Origin: Mizuhopecten yessoensis
Taxonomy: Eukaryota
Direction: 5' to 3'
Length of the DNA: 64,000 bases
NCBI RefSeq assembly: GCF_002113885.1
Contig: NW_018408821.1
Coordinates: 465,907-529,906 of the forward strand
Below the pieces are notes generated by a model that was not told the DNA's origin, searched no databases, and saw only the letters and a program-made list of their open reading frames with translations. The position numbers were made by a program, and so were the translations under genes. Shown here in pieces: positions 36,172 to 48,830 of this stretch (its first letter is position 1; the number at the start of each line of letters is the position of its first letter).

Positions 36172-38780
36172 CTATTGGATGTGTTCGTGGTAAACCACGT
36201 GTCCTAACCCCGCAGATTTTGACACGTGTTTGGTGTTATGTATCTGACGCGCCGCTTGCAAGTCGCGTTCGGTTGGTTCCACCTCTGTCGCGCCGACTTC
36301 GTGATAGATTGGGACGATGGAAGCAGTTGGGGCCGCGATAACAGTAGGGGCCAACAGATAGTCGTCAGTCTCTGTTTCCCTTGACACAAGAATAGGCTTC
36401 CGTTCCTCCTTTTTCGGCACCATGAATTTGCTTTCCTTTTTAATGGACTGTAGAAGCTCTGTATTGACAGTGTTTGCTATTTCTGCCTGTGTTTTCTTCT
36501 GAATTATTTCAGTGTCCTCCTCGGAAGCGAAGTCACCCTGTAAGGACTGCATCTTCAGGTAATAGCGGACATGTTTTTTTATTGTCATTTTCGACGGATG
36601 GAATATTTCCATCTTTGTTAACTTTGCCGGACATCGTAAGATCCTATCCATACAAAAGAGACAAAGAAGGTCCTCAATGAATAATATGACAGACAACTGT
36701 TGTATCCGCCATTGTTCGTACCGATTTTCTAGAACCGTGCCACATGTCGCTGACATCATAGCAATTAGTGCGTTTAACAGAAGAACGTATGTTAACAGAA
36801 CAAATCCAATGAAGAGAATGATAGATAACCATGGCACTCGAGCTTCACGTAACCCATTGATATTTGACAACCCCAGCATTAGACTAAACATTGACAACAA
36901 GGTGGATCCAAACTCCAGCAATGTGCTCGTTTCTGTTGAAGAGTAAATTCCTTCAATGTTCGGAATACCTTGGCCTTGATAGACCGTATGCATACATGTT
37001 GTGAATGCTACAAGTTCAAGCCCGATGAATACGGAAAACCGGAATAAGTCGCCGAATATGACACGCTGTATCATGACGGTAAAGAAGCTAAACACCTGCC
37101 AACCCCGTAAAAAGAAAACGTTGAACCACCAGCCCGTCAGCAGAGCAAAGACAAGAGGGACACCGTCATGAACCTCGAGAGCAAACGTCAGCAGTGTATC
37201 CAGTAGTAAACATATAGCGAACATAAACACCATGGTTATGTACCCGATGTTGTGTTGCCAGTAACGAGAGCGATGGGGGCGTTTCATTTTGGGGAAAATG
37301 AGGAGTAGTCCGATAAGAAAATATATTATTCCAAATGCAAACTCTATCCATTGTGACACATTAACTATCCAAACGGAGATCACGTGATCGGTGTTTGTAT
37401 AATTTGCTGCCCTTGGGAACTTTGGGAAGTTCAGGCTAGTCCGTTCCACTGCAAACACACTGAGGACGACCATCAGAATAAAGTGGATCACCATCCAGAA
37501 TATGTACGTGCTCTTGTACAAATTCCATTTTGCTTCAATGAGAACTTTGAGTGGTTGAAGCTCCATTAACTCGAAGGCGGCGGAACTCTTGTAGTTATTA
37601 TCGAACATCATTTCCAAGATGGAGACCGTCGTAACTGACCCATGGATACCTCTACAACAACTTCGCCCAGTGTTACCATCATCATCATCATCATCATCAT
37701 CATAATCATTCACATCATCGGCAGACATTGTTTGTGATTTCGTGTTTCCTATGGAGTCAATCTCTGTGATATCGTACAGCTTAATATCAAAAAGGCCGTC
37801 ATCGGCACTGAACAAGCAATAGATATCCTCTATGTTGAGAATGAACTCGAATAAGGTGACCATACCATACTCAGCGGCTAGCTGTAACGGTGTTTGCGAG
37901 TCGTCATTTTTGAGAAACCAGACGTGAGTGTATTCATTACAGGTTGTTTCTTCCCACTTTCCTTTTGTTTCTTTCTTTGGTTGAGCGTCCCAAGCTATTT
38001 TCGTCTTTTTCTGGTCTAGTGGAGGGAAGTTACGAGTGGATGACAGACTGTGATGATAACCATTTCCGATTGGTTTTACTTCACTGTCGTCCTCATTTTC
38101 TGTTTCCTCCTCGTCCTCCTTCTCTTCGTCCTTCTTTTTTGACGGTGCTTGTTTCTGTATGGTAGTTTTGGTCAGTTGAACAAGGCGGTCATGCAGATAT
38201 TCCATCATCTCCCGTACCTCGCATGCCTTGTCGGGATACACAGCGGCGTATTTGATGAGGGAGTGGAATATGGTATCTCCTTTACTATTTTGTTGATATA
38301 ACTTAGCTCCCGTGTCTAACAACTTATCCACCATATCTTTGTCGAATTTAAGCACAGCTACAAATAATGGTAGCTCTCCCATCATAACAGTGTTAATGAA
38401 CAACCTCCCCGTCGCTCTAGTACTCAGCAAAGTGCGCAGAGATTGCGGAGACCGTGCGGCAACATTCAACATTTGATTAAATGCCGTCAAATTGCCCTTA
38501 GTGATAGCGATGTGGAAAGCTGTTTGACCGGCATACTGCTCACACGAACGCGCCTTGAGAATGAGATTTGGCGCGATTTGTAGGATACGTGACGTGAGCT
38601 CACCATCATCTTGGTATTTGGCGGCAATATGGAGAAGCGTTTCGTCTGTATGGTAGCGATAGTCCAACACCTGAAGTTCGTCAGTTTGTCTCTGGAGTTT
38701 CTCAAGTATCCACCGAGATCGGGCGGAGTTTCGTTCCTGTATATAGCGGACTAGTCTATCCAGCTTCGCCGTGGTAATGC
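36172..38780 (-). CDS. TRPV-family cation channel, paralog D (main exon; ~870 aa total, first exon uncertain)
   Basis: Open frame from the AG acceptor at 38781 (phase 1) to the stop at 36172. Ankyrins (ETLLHIAAK, GQTAFHIAI, GELPLFVAV, GDTIFH, TPLQLAAEYG), YDITEID, GDLFRF, pore FSLMLGLSN, LLLNALIAMM, QWRIQQL. Candidate phase-1 start exons: ATG-T at 39135-39132 or ATG-CCT-G at 42560-42554. Confidence 0.92.
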
Positions 38781-40468
38781 CTAGAAAAAAAGAAAAACAG
38801 AAAACTTTTTTTTTTTATTCATTACACATAAACATGATTACGTCACATATACATATACATATTGTTGATGGAACTGAGTTTAAACTTCAGTAAACACAAT
38901 ATACTAATCCGAAAGGATACATGTGAAGCTTCATATAATTTGCGAGTAATGAAAGGAAAAGGCTCGACTGAATGCACTATGCGATTTCTATCATTTTATT
39001 GTTAAACATTAATTTACAAAGCTAGATAACATGACATACCTAACGAAACAAAAATGTTAATACTGGATGTAGATGTGTTTCCTTTTCGACACCCAGGTAG
39101 CTGGACAGACACGGAGACATCAGAGACTTACACATGCTGCTCAATCAGCCAGTTATAACTCTGTTTATTATCGTCTTTAATGTACCGTCCTTCTACCCTT
39201 TTTGTCGATTTTGTAGAAAATGTATTTATAATATCCTATCAGACACTATGTGAAATTGACTTGTCGGAAACTTTAGCTTACGATAACTTCGATATCAATG
39301 TAAAACACAATTTTTAGAAAGCAAGGGTAAAACTAACATTGTAATGTTTTTAGACCGCCTGTTCGAGGAGTAGAATGGATATGCTAAAATCCGTCGGGGA
39401 CGTAGCGTGGGCGTGTGAGTAATTATGATTTAGGTTTATGTTTTTTTGAGTGAGTGATGTGCAAGTTTGCAATCGATCAATATAAGTAATAACTTGCTGA
39501 TATTTTACAAAGAAGTTTAAAAGGTGTAAAAAATCATTGCTCTGAATTTAAATCTAAAAACATATTTGTAAATCCCATTGTTTCCCTGTTTTATAGGCTA
39601 ATCGGGGGCCAACTTGAATTGGCATGGATTTATATTTGACAAAGGAATAACATTTATCTCTGTCATTATCACTTGTTTGTCAAAAAGCTACATTATTAAC
39701 TGTATTGATTTTGCTTACTTTTGTTATGGTTTAAGGGTGGCTTAATCTAGCTAGAAATGGCGCTATATCAAATGTGGTATGATAATAAAACTGATAATAA
39801 TAAACTGTGTAGCAGTGGTATGCTTATTTCTTGTTCTTTCTAAATTATTCAGTGTTTTACAATAATTGAACCACGAAAGTTAATTTTTAATTGCATTGAT
39901 AAGACAGAAATAACATTTCTAAAAGATATGGTGTTCGCTAAGTAACATGTCAGCCCTTGGAACTCTGGCCTTAGACGTTTTTGGTTAATACCAGGTTTGC
40001 AATGTATCAAGTACCCGAACAACATGGCCTTTTTATTTTAGGTAATCTTATCTTTGAAACAATTAGCTCACACATAATTCAAATTAAAACATATCCAGAT
40101 CATGCGATTGCTCATGTGGTATTTAGACATTTGCTTAATGAAACATTTCTAATATCCACACTACCACCAGACTCCCTTAAAATCTTCCCTTCCTGCTCCT
40201 TGTGCCTAAGGAGTTATATGAACTCTAGTTTATTTGATGTTATTGACATCCGTTTGTTTTCATCGGGTTTTTCTACACCAAGATATGTTATACAGTGGAT
40301 GTGATTAAAACATGTTGTCAGTCATTGGCCTTTGCATCTGTAGGAAATCATGTTGGCAGAAAGCAACATTTAACGTCTAGGCCCCTAGCATCATCGACGA
40401 GTACAAGAGTGACGAAATAGCTGTTTGATGTAGTTCAGTTTTGGCTCACTGTATCTATTACCAAATTT

Positions 40469-40707
40469 NNNNNNNNNNNNNNNNNNNNNNNNNNNNNNNN
40501 NNNNNNNNNNNNNNNNNNNNNNNNNNNNNNNNNNNNNNNNNNNNNNNNNNNNNNNNNNNNNNNNNNNNNNNNNNNNNNNNNNNNNNNNNNNNNNNNNNNN
40601 NNNNNNNNNNNNNNNNNNNNNNNNNNNNNNNNNNNNNNNNNNNNNNNNNNNNNNNNNNNNNNNNNNNNNNNNNNNNNNNNNNNNNNNNNNNNNNNNNNNN
40701 NNNNNNN
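40469..40707. other. Assembly gap (239 N)
   Basis: Run of N characters. Confidence 1.
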
Positions 40708-40904
40708 TTTCAAATAGTCCTCAAATAAGGTCTTCTTACTTGAGGAAGTTGTTTAAGACTTTTGCAGTCCACATCTACATTCAAAATTGCTTTGCCATTC
40801 TATTAAAGGACTCAACCTTGTTGGACAACTGAAATGACCAGAAACTAAACCAAAGACACATTTCTTTAGGCTCACAGTGATACACTTGTACATGTATTCA
40901 GGTA

Positions 40905-41498
40905 ACGTCACTGTACCCAAATCGGGACACTGTTTAGATAAATATCAATGTTCTTTATACCATACTTTTTCATAAATAGATACTATCCACTTTTCATTTC
41001 TATTAAAAGCTGATATTTCGGGCGCGTGGTTCTATAAATAGAACACGAAATACGACCAGGGTAACGTAGGCCCTTGAACCGGCGTAAATGTACCCTGAAA
41101 GGAACACTTCGGTATTTTGGCTAATATTTGGGGATAAACGATCAACATAAGCAGAAAATAAGACGTACTTCAAATATTTTAGAGTCAAAAAGGGTTATCT
41201 CCAAACTAGCATCAGTTTAGATAAAATAGACCATTGAAAATGATATCCAAATAAATAGCATCGAACGGCACGTAAATCGGAAAAGTTTTGTTTTGGTCAT
41301 TGTTCTTTACTTTAAATTGTCCATGTAACGATAATTAGCAGCCAATAAAACTTACATACAGTTGAATTGTTATAAAAGTATCATCTTATGAAAACCGTAA
41401 ACATAAAAGTACATCTTTGCATTAAATGACAGTTTCTTGAGCCATTTTCCCAGAAGTGACTCGTTTTGGGTACTGTCCCGATTTTGGTACAGTGACGG
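40905..41498. mobile_element. MITE, Tc1/mariner-pogo-like (TA target site)
   Basis: About 24-bp TIRs CGTCACTGTACCCAAATCGGGACA / TGTCCCGATTTTGGTACAGTGACG, flanked by TA on both sides; no ORF. Confidence 0.8.
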
Positions 41499-44189
41499 TA
41501 GCGTAAACATCTATATCTTACGAGCATTCTCGTCAGACTGGATGAGGAGGAGTGAAACATTATTAAATAACTGACTTTTCTATTTGATTTGTGATTCCAT
41601 ATCCTAATTATACATATTGATTATTGACATTATGATTAGTTCTTTGAGCATATGAACGTAGGGCGTGCCATTGATTATTGATACTATGAATTGTTTCTTT
41701 ATCAGACATATCCCTGAATTCGTTTTAATGACGTCAATCTTAAATTTCTTTTAAAACATAATCTAAAGAGATGTTATTTAAGTAATGATATTTAACTGTA
41801 TTATGTGAAATATAAATAAGAAAAATAAGAACAATGCCGCCCTTACTCACTATTCTATTTGATCGTTTGGTTTGTAAACTGTCTCACTAGTAGCATGTGT
41901 TTATTGCAGAGAGTTTCCGCAGGCCTGAGTACCGACAAGGGGAAAAGCAATTAACTTGTAAGTGGCCTTCAGAACAAAGTATTCTGTTAAAATTCTCCTG
42001 TGGCTATGAATTAAAAAACAGGAGGTTTAACATGACAGTTACCTATATTATTACGGTTACGTCAATACCCAATTTTTTTATCAGCTAAATGATTATTTAT
42101 GTGAATAAATGAATATTTGACGCTACAGTTGTAAATAAGTTGGTTTATTAGATATGTAGATGAACAAAATCATTGCCGATACTATAATCCCATTTCAATA
42201 CATGATTTTGCGTAAAAATCATAAATGATATATCAAATGGCCATGGTATCCACAGCCGGGTGTCTGAACACACCATTATCAGTAGGGCTTAAAAGATTAT
42301 GTATGGTAATTTGTTGACTGAAAGAAAAAAACCTCTTAATTGTTTAATAATCAAATGATCAAGCACCTATGCAGTTGTCAAGGAATTGATAATTAAGTTT
42401 CCAAAACAATTGGTCTTCAAAATTCACTTCCATCGTATCCTTCGGTTCGAAGTCTATTAAACACGTATGATAAAGCTACTCTTACACATTAACACTAGAT
42501 AATGTTAATACAATATTTTTTTTGGCAGACTATAAAAATATAGTAATACATACCAGGCATTTCGGAGTTGCTTAGTCTTAGTGGAAGCTGCAGTAATCAA
42601 TTATCACAGTCGCCCATCCTCTGTACATGTGGTCTCGTAGGCCCAGTTGCCATGTGTGATCAGCTTGGAAAACGCGTGACATGTATACTGGTGTTTATAT
42701 CAATAACACGGCTATTGCAGTCGTCATATCTTTGTTGTTAGCTTTGAATATTTAATTTGACTTGTCAATAAATACCGTTTATCTGTATTCAGATATATAT
42801 ATATATGTGTATATTTAAAACTCTACTGGGACATTGTTTGTCAAGTCTTATCAGCTTTCCTGTTCTTTATTCATCTGTTGTTAACAACACATGATAGCGA
42901 TCAATAACACAATCACTTGAAAAAATGGGATGCAATAAACTTAAAAAATACAACTTAAACAAGTTAGTCATATTTGTTATGATACAAGGAATACGCAGTT
43001 ATCAGAATTTATTTACAAGCTGAATAAACATCCTGCCTAATGTGCTGAGAGCAATTTACCTCCGCCAAGATCATTACCCGTATTATATCTATAACGTGAT
43101 AAAACACTTTTGTTTCCGTCTCTGTATACTCGAGGGTAGCTCAATTAGAATGATAGAAATTACAGAAATTAAATTATTTCAACAGTATTATTCGGTAATC
43201 ATTACACCAGGGGTCTCTTAGTCCGGTATTAGGTTAAAGAAACGTGTTTTACAACAAACGTTAGTTTTCCACACAAGTCACGCGAAACAGCAATTATGAC
43301 AGACATTCTCTCTTAGGTTAATAACTATAATCTTACATTAATTCAGACAAATATTGAAATAATTTGTCTAAGTTTTAGACACATATAGTATTATTATGCT
43401 TGGCAGCTATAATGTAAAATCTTCTTGACGTGCTATTATTTAGTCGGGACGGATTAAATGTTATTTATTAACCTGGTCCATTTATGATTTTAACAAATTA
43501 AAGTTGTTTTCGATCCATTATTTAAAAAAAACTTAACACGTCGAATTTGAAAATATATTTTATTTCGCAACATATCTCTTTAAAGTATAAATACCTGTAT
43601 TCGGTTCTTGTCACTAACCTTGTATCACAATTACTCCTGACACTGTTTTACCTGAACACCCACGTTCTTACTACATCATAAATACGGGTACCCTTGGGAC
43701 CATGCTGAAGGTGTCAGGAAACAACTCTCTGGATTATTAAACAAACCTGAATATATCATACACTCCATTTAATCTCTTAATCTCTGGTCACCCGTTTTAA
43801 TTCAGTGTATGAACGTGTGTAGTGTATTAAATATTATGAATGTATTTTCCAGGGGTGGTTTATCCATTCGGACTAATTCACTGCGTAATTTAATCATACA
43901 ACTGAAATAATATGTGCTTAGTGTTTACCAATGGTGTGCAAATAATTCAACTGAACTCTTGTACTACGAACAATTCTCGGTAGCTTTAATATTGCTATGT
44001 CGAAAACCCCCAATATTGTAGGCTGGCATAGAGTTTTCCCCCGTGCTACAGAAGATTGGACATGCGTGACTGTTTGCTATAAAAATGAATACGTAGGTAT
44101 TTAATGATTTTATGTCAAGAAACTTATTTGATGTGGGTTTTTGTTTGCATTTTAATGCAGTGCATTTTTTCATCAGTGAAATATGATTT

Positions 44190-44730
44190 ATTGGCTTGAT
44201 AACCCTTCACAGGTGTGTCTCCCTTTTAAACCGGAAAAGTTCAAGCAACTCTGATATTTCATGCAATCACTCATTTTCGGCGGATTTGTGAGTGAAACAG
44301 GATGGGAGAAATACAATTATCCCCTACATTGAGGGTGTGACAGAGAAATCTCCAACCCTCGGGATGATATTCTCGAATGTCCTACCCTCGACAAAGTCTC
44401 GGGTAACCTGTTCATGATTCTACTGCCAAACCCAAGGCTATGCTTTCTCTGTCACCCCCTAATGTGCACTAACATATATAGTCACTATAACGTCACATGA
44501 ACAGTGACATGACGTAACAACTAACCCTCGACGCTAAAGATAATGTGCTTATCAGGATAATAATTATTTAAAAAAAATAACCATCCACTACATTGAGGGT
44601 GTGAAAGAGAAATGTTCAACCCTCGGGATGAGTATTTAGTTACTTGCAGCTGTAATCCTCACAAAATCATCAACCCGAGGAGTACACATTTCTGTGTCAC
44701 ATCCTCAAGGTAGGGACAGATTTTATTAGT
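44190..44730 (+). mobile_element. Hairpin-ended repeat family, rearranged copy with two terminal modules
   Basis: CCTTCACAGGTGTGTCTCCC and two TTGAGGGTGTGA..GAGAAAT..CAACCCTCGGGA...TCTGTCAC modules shared with 7090-7487 and 46040-46200. Confidence 0.65.
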
Positions 44731-45659
44731 CAGGCAGCCAGACAGACATTCAAAACCTACCAAACTGGCTTGCTAAAACTATTTTCGCATTTCTTACATT
44801 TTCCCGTCCTGATCCTTCTTGCAACCAGCGCGGATACAATTCGGTCCTTAAACGTTTTTATATGAGCATACGTCTGTACTTGTACTACTACGCTTTTATC
44901 GGGACTACTATATATATGTTTAAATGTAGCATTGTAGGGAATCTGTTCTCTTTCCGTTTTTGAGTATACCAGTGATACCAGTGTGAAATAACGTTGTTTC
45001 AATTAGGTAATCGTTGTAAGAATATCGCTGTCTTTGATTTAGTATATCGTTGTTGAGAAAATGCTGCCATTGGTCTTGTTTAGCATCGTAAGGATAAAGT
45101 CGTCTTGGATTGCGTACATGATTGTGAGATGAAGGTACCTCTGATTTAGATTAGCATAGTGGTATAGATATGATATAAGATATAACTGTTGGCATATATA
45201 TATATATATTACAAATGACAACGTTATCCTAACAATTATGTATTATATTAAATATAGCATTATTCCATTGAACATATATATTATATCAATGCCGATGCTA
45301 TTCTAAATATAATATATGAAATAAAAACAACGTTATCTAACAAAAGCATACTGAAGCAAGGCAAACACGACGTTATCCTAGCAATCATTTTAAATATTGT
45401 TGGTAAGTGTTAATTGAATATATGTTTAGAAAGCACAACCAATGAATGTTTATGTGTGACGTGTCGATGACTAGAACGGTACGTATTCTGTCACCATCAT
45501 CAAAAATATGACCACCGATGGTGCACACAAAGGTGAAGACCACCGAATCGCTGATCCGGCTACGCTATAATTAAAGGCGTGAGTTCATTTAGTTACTGTT
45601 GTTTAAGTATCGTTCATACATGTGCTAGAGCTAATGTGACTGGCATGAATGCTAGATAC

Positions 45660-46420
45660 ATCATTATACACACACTGCACACCGAGGCCTGAGATTCCCC
45701 ATCTCACCTCAAAAGGGTGAAAGTCACAAGGATTTATCTTACCTTTGAAAGGCGTATCCACACTTTCCCCTGTATGAGTTATCCTTTTCTCCCACCCTTC
45801 GCATGTGTGCCCCCCGTTTTATCCGGGAAAGATTAGCTTGTCACCCCCTAGGGGGAGATAGCCTCGTGCCAGTTATCACGTGTTCAATTGTGACGTCATT
45901 AAAATGCGTCATCGGTAAGTGTGACGTCATCAAAAGTGAATGACGATATGTATACCTCACATGTGTTTTGTTTACAAACATGGCAGTCTACTGTCGGCGG
46001 AGATGAGATTGAAATAATAGGATGGGAGAAAAATAATCATCCCCTAACTTGAGGGTGTAACAGAGAAATCTCCAACCCTCGGGGTGATTTGTTTGGTTGT
46101 ATAACCCTTGACAGAGCCTCGGGTTATACAACGAAAGAACATCACCCCTCGGGTTGGCGAAATCTCTGTCACACCCTCAAGGTAGGGTAAGATTCTATTA
46201 GTCAACAATACAATAATGCCACGTCAACAACTCAGTAACGTCATATCAACACTGCATTGAGCCTGTAGCGTCAACAATGCATCATGAGTATGATATGTAG
46301 TCAACAGGGTTAGAGAGTGAGAATCATTCATCCCTTTAGGGGACATGGATAATCTTACCCCTCGGGTTCAGAGATTCACATATATCACTCCAAGGGGATG
46401 ATATATCATATTAATCTTAC
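45660..46420 (+). mobile_element. Hairpin-ended non-autonomous repeat (possibly Crypton-like), longest copy plus adjacent related segment
   Basis: About 150-bp imperfect palindrome at 46042-46188 (TTGAGGGTGTAACAGAGAAATCTCCAACCCTCGGGGTGAT...ATCACCCCTCGGGTTGGCGAAATCTCTGTCACACCCTCAA). Family class is uncertain. Confidence 0.6.
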
Positions 46421-48830
46421 ACCGCGAAAGACGTGGACACACACACCTTTCTCGCACCTCATACACAGATATCCCACATCATACCCCGTGCTATTTTTTT
46501 TTTTTATCTCGTCCAACCTGTCTGGTACCTTTACGTGACATTTCGCAGACTTTGTACACATGTACAGCGATGTATTACCCTGCGCGTTAAAGACCAATAA
46601 TTGACAATCTGCATGATAAATATTCTGTTTTGTCGTTTTATGCATGGGTTTGATGTTGTAGTTAAAATATGATCTAAACTGTAAAATACGTAGTCTTCTT
46701 TGTCAGGACGGACTGATTTTTTACGTGGAAGCATTCCGATGTAGCTTTAGTAGTGTAGAGTGTTGAGGTCCAAGACGGATACTAGTACTGAATAGTTTGT
46801 TTTCGAACTGAAAGGTGCGAGAAAAAAACAAATTATCTGTAACTGAGCAAGATTGGTTATTATATTACAGAATCTTAGCTCTCGACTGAGATAACCATAT
46901 CTCACTCAGTTGCAAATAATATATTTTATTAATCCAGGATAAGAGAAAGTAATTAATTTGTTTGGAATGTCAGGATGGGAATATTGTTGTCTTTGTATAA
47001 ATATTTAGATGTAATATATCGTTGTCATTTGGCTATTATATCATTGGTTCGAATATTGTTTATCCAGTATTCTGTTTTAGGGATACCGTTTTTTGTTTGT
47101 TTATTCAAGCATATCAGATAATGTTTTCTTTGTTTTAGTATATCCTTGTCTCTATTGTAGTATTGAGAATACCATGTTTCATTGTCTTCAGTGGGAGTAT
47201 TAGTGCATTTGAGCGGAATATATCCAGTGGAATAAGGACAAAGGAAAGATGATATTCCCATAATTATATTTACATCACTACACACAGACGTCACATATGG
47301 TAATTAGATCTGGTCGTAAACCACCTCACTATTACTTTGTTATATGGCTGTCGTCCCTAAAAGTCGATTGATGTAACCGACACTTAACTTGGTTTTCTGT
47401 TTAGGCTATACTAGATTAAATAAGCTTATCGTGTGTACCATTCGACCGACATCAACGTTTATTTAAAATACGGTTGGCAATGGGCATGCTACCGTACACA
47501 CGCGATTCGGGTGAACCCTTTTATTGTTAATATCGGATATAAAAAGGATTCCATTGAAGTTATCTGGTTTTAAATAACGGGTTTCCAAGTATTATGAATA
47601 ATTACATGTGTTAAAATACTGCGAAATTGCCTGACACGTATTATTAAAATATCTAACTGTAGTGGTTAGCTTCGTTTGTATTTATATTTACGTGCTGTAG
47701 ACTACGACTTCGTGCCGGTGGATTTTTCTGATTTTTGTGACATAAATAAATACAATGGATGTAATAGAGATAGTCTTACATCAATCCTGCATTGTACATG
47801 ACCATTATCGTTGTGTTCACTTAAATATGTTCACAGTATTGTACCAAAAGATCAAGGTAACATAACTCATTGCGGTGAATAAGAAGCAACCAAATGTTAG
47901 TTGTACATTAGAGAGTTGACATACTGTGATAACCAATCGAATATAAAGTTGAATACCAAAGAGGTCATTGACATATGTGATTGAAAGTTCTTATAAAATA
48001 CCCGATTAGATATAAGATATTAAAATATGAAGCTGTAAAGAAACTTTTTTTGTATATTTAGTGTGCCTATGCGGAAAGCCAAAGGAAGTAAGTGTTTTAA
48101 TGCACCAAATTGGTTCCATTTTCCCCATTTAAGACTTATGTCAAAAGAAAAGACAAGAAAGTCCTATGCGCTTCAAAACATATGTAGAACCACAGCGATA
48201 AAACAAAGCTGCCTACAAAACCCTTTATACCTTTACATTCAGGTTACTATGTTCAACCTCGGGGACTGCTAGTCAATCACCTAGTTACTTGAAATAAATA
48301 TTGTATACCGGAAAATGTTTTACCTTTCGCCTTTTTGCCTAACGCTATGAGAGTGAATTCATTATTAAAGCAAACGTTAGTAAACAATATGATAAACATA
48401 GTCATCAAACATAAAGGGCGAAATTACCACTGGGCGAACACGGACTGTTTGGCATAAGGCGAAAGTTTGACTGAGCGAAAATTTCTCCGTATATAGTTTT
48501 GAAATTAGAAAATACGGATGCTCCTGTTTGAAAACTTAGTGTGACGATGCAGAAGGCCAAACAAAGAAAACATTTTACTTCGCCTTATGACCATTTCATG
48601 AATCATCATCCATTCATAAGAGATTCGAAACATTTAGAAATACAGGAAAAAGGAACATTGATAAGAAAACCCTGTATAACGTTACTTAACGATAGGTAAT
48701 TCATCTTAATAATGATAATAATAATAGTTTATATCTGTACTTGATGACAGAGTTGAGTCAACGACTCGTTTTACATTTGGTCAAGTAGTTATTAGTGTAA
48801 TTAGAGTATATTATTTATCTATCTTTTATC

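Noticed and set aside
14809-38165. Recurring plus-strand ORFs antisense to the TRPV genes (e.g. AIITEKRRKSPK)
   Set aside because: These are shadow frames of the conserved sense-strand codons, with no independent support.
40435-40728. ORFs spanning the N run
   Set aside because: Artefacts of the assembly gap.
39980-40860. Possible LINE reverse-transcriptase remnant around the gap (YLGV on the minus strand)
   Set aside because: Too degraded and the motif order is unclear; it cannot be supported without a profile search.
47025-47294. 89-aa minus-strand ORF
   Set aside because: No recognisable motif, ATG context or splice partners; left unannotated.
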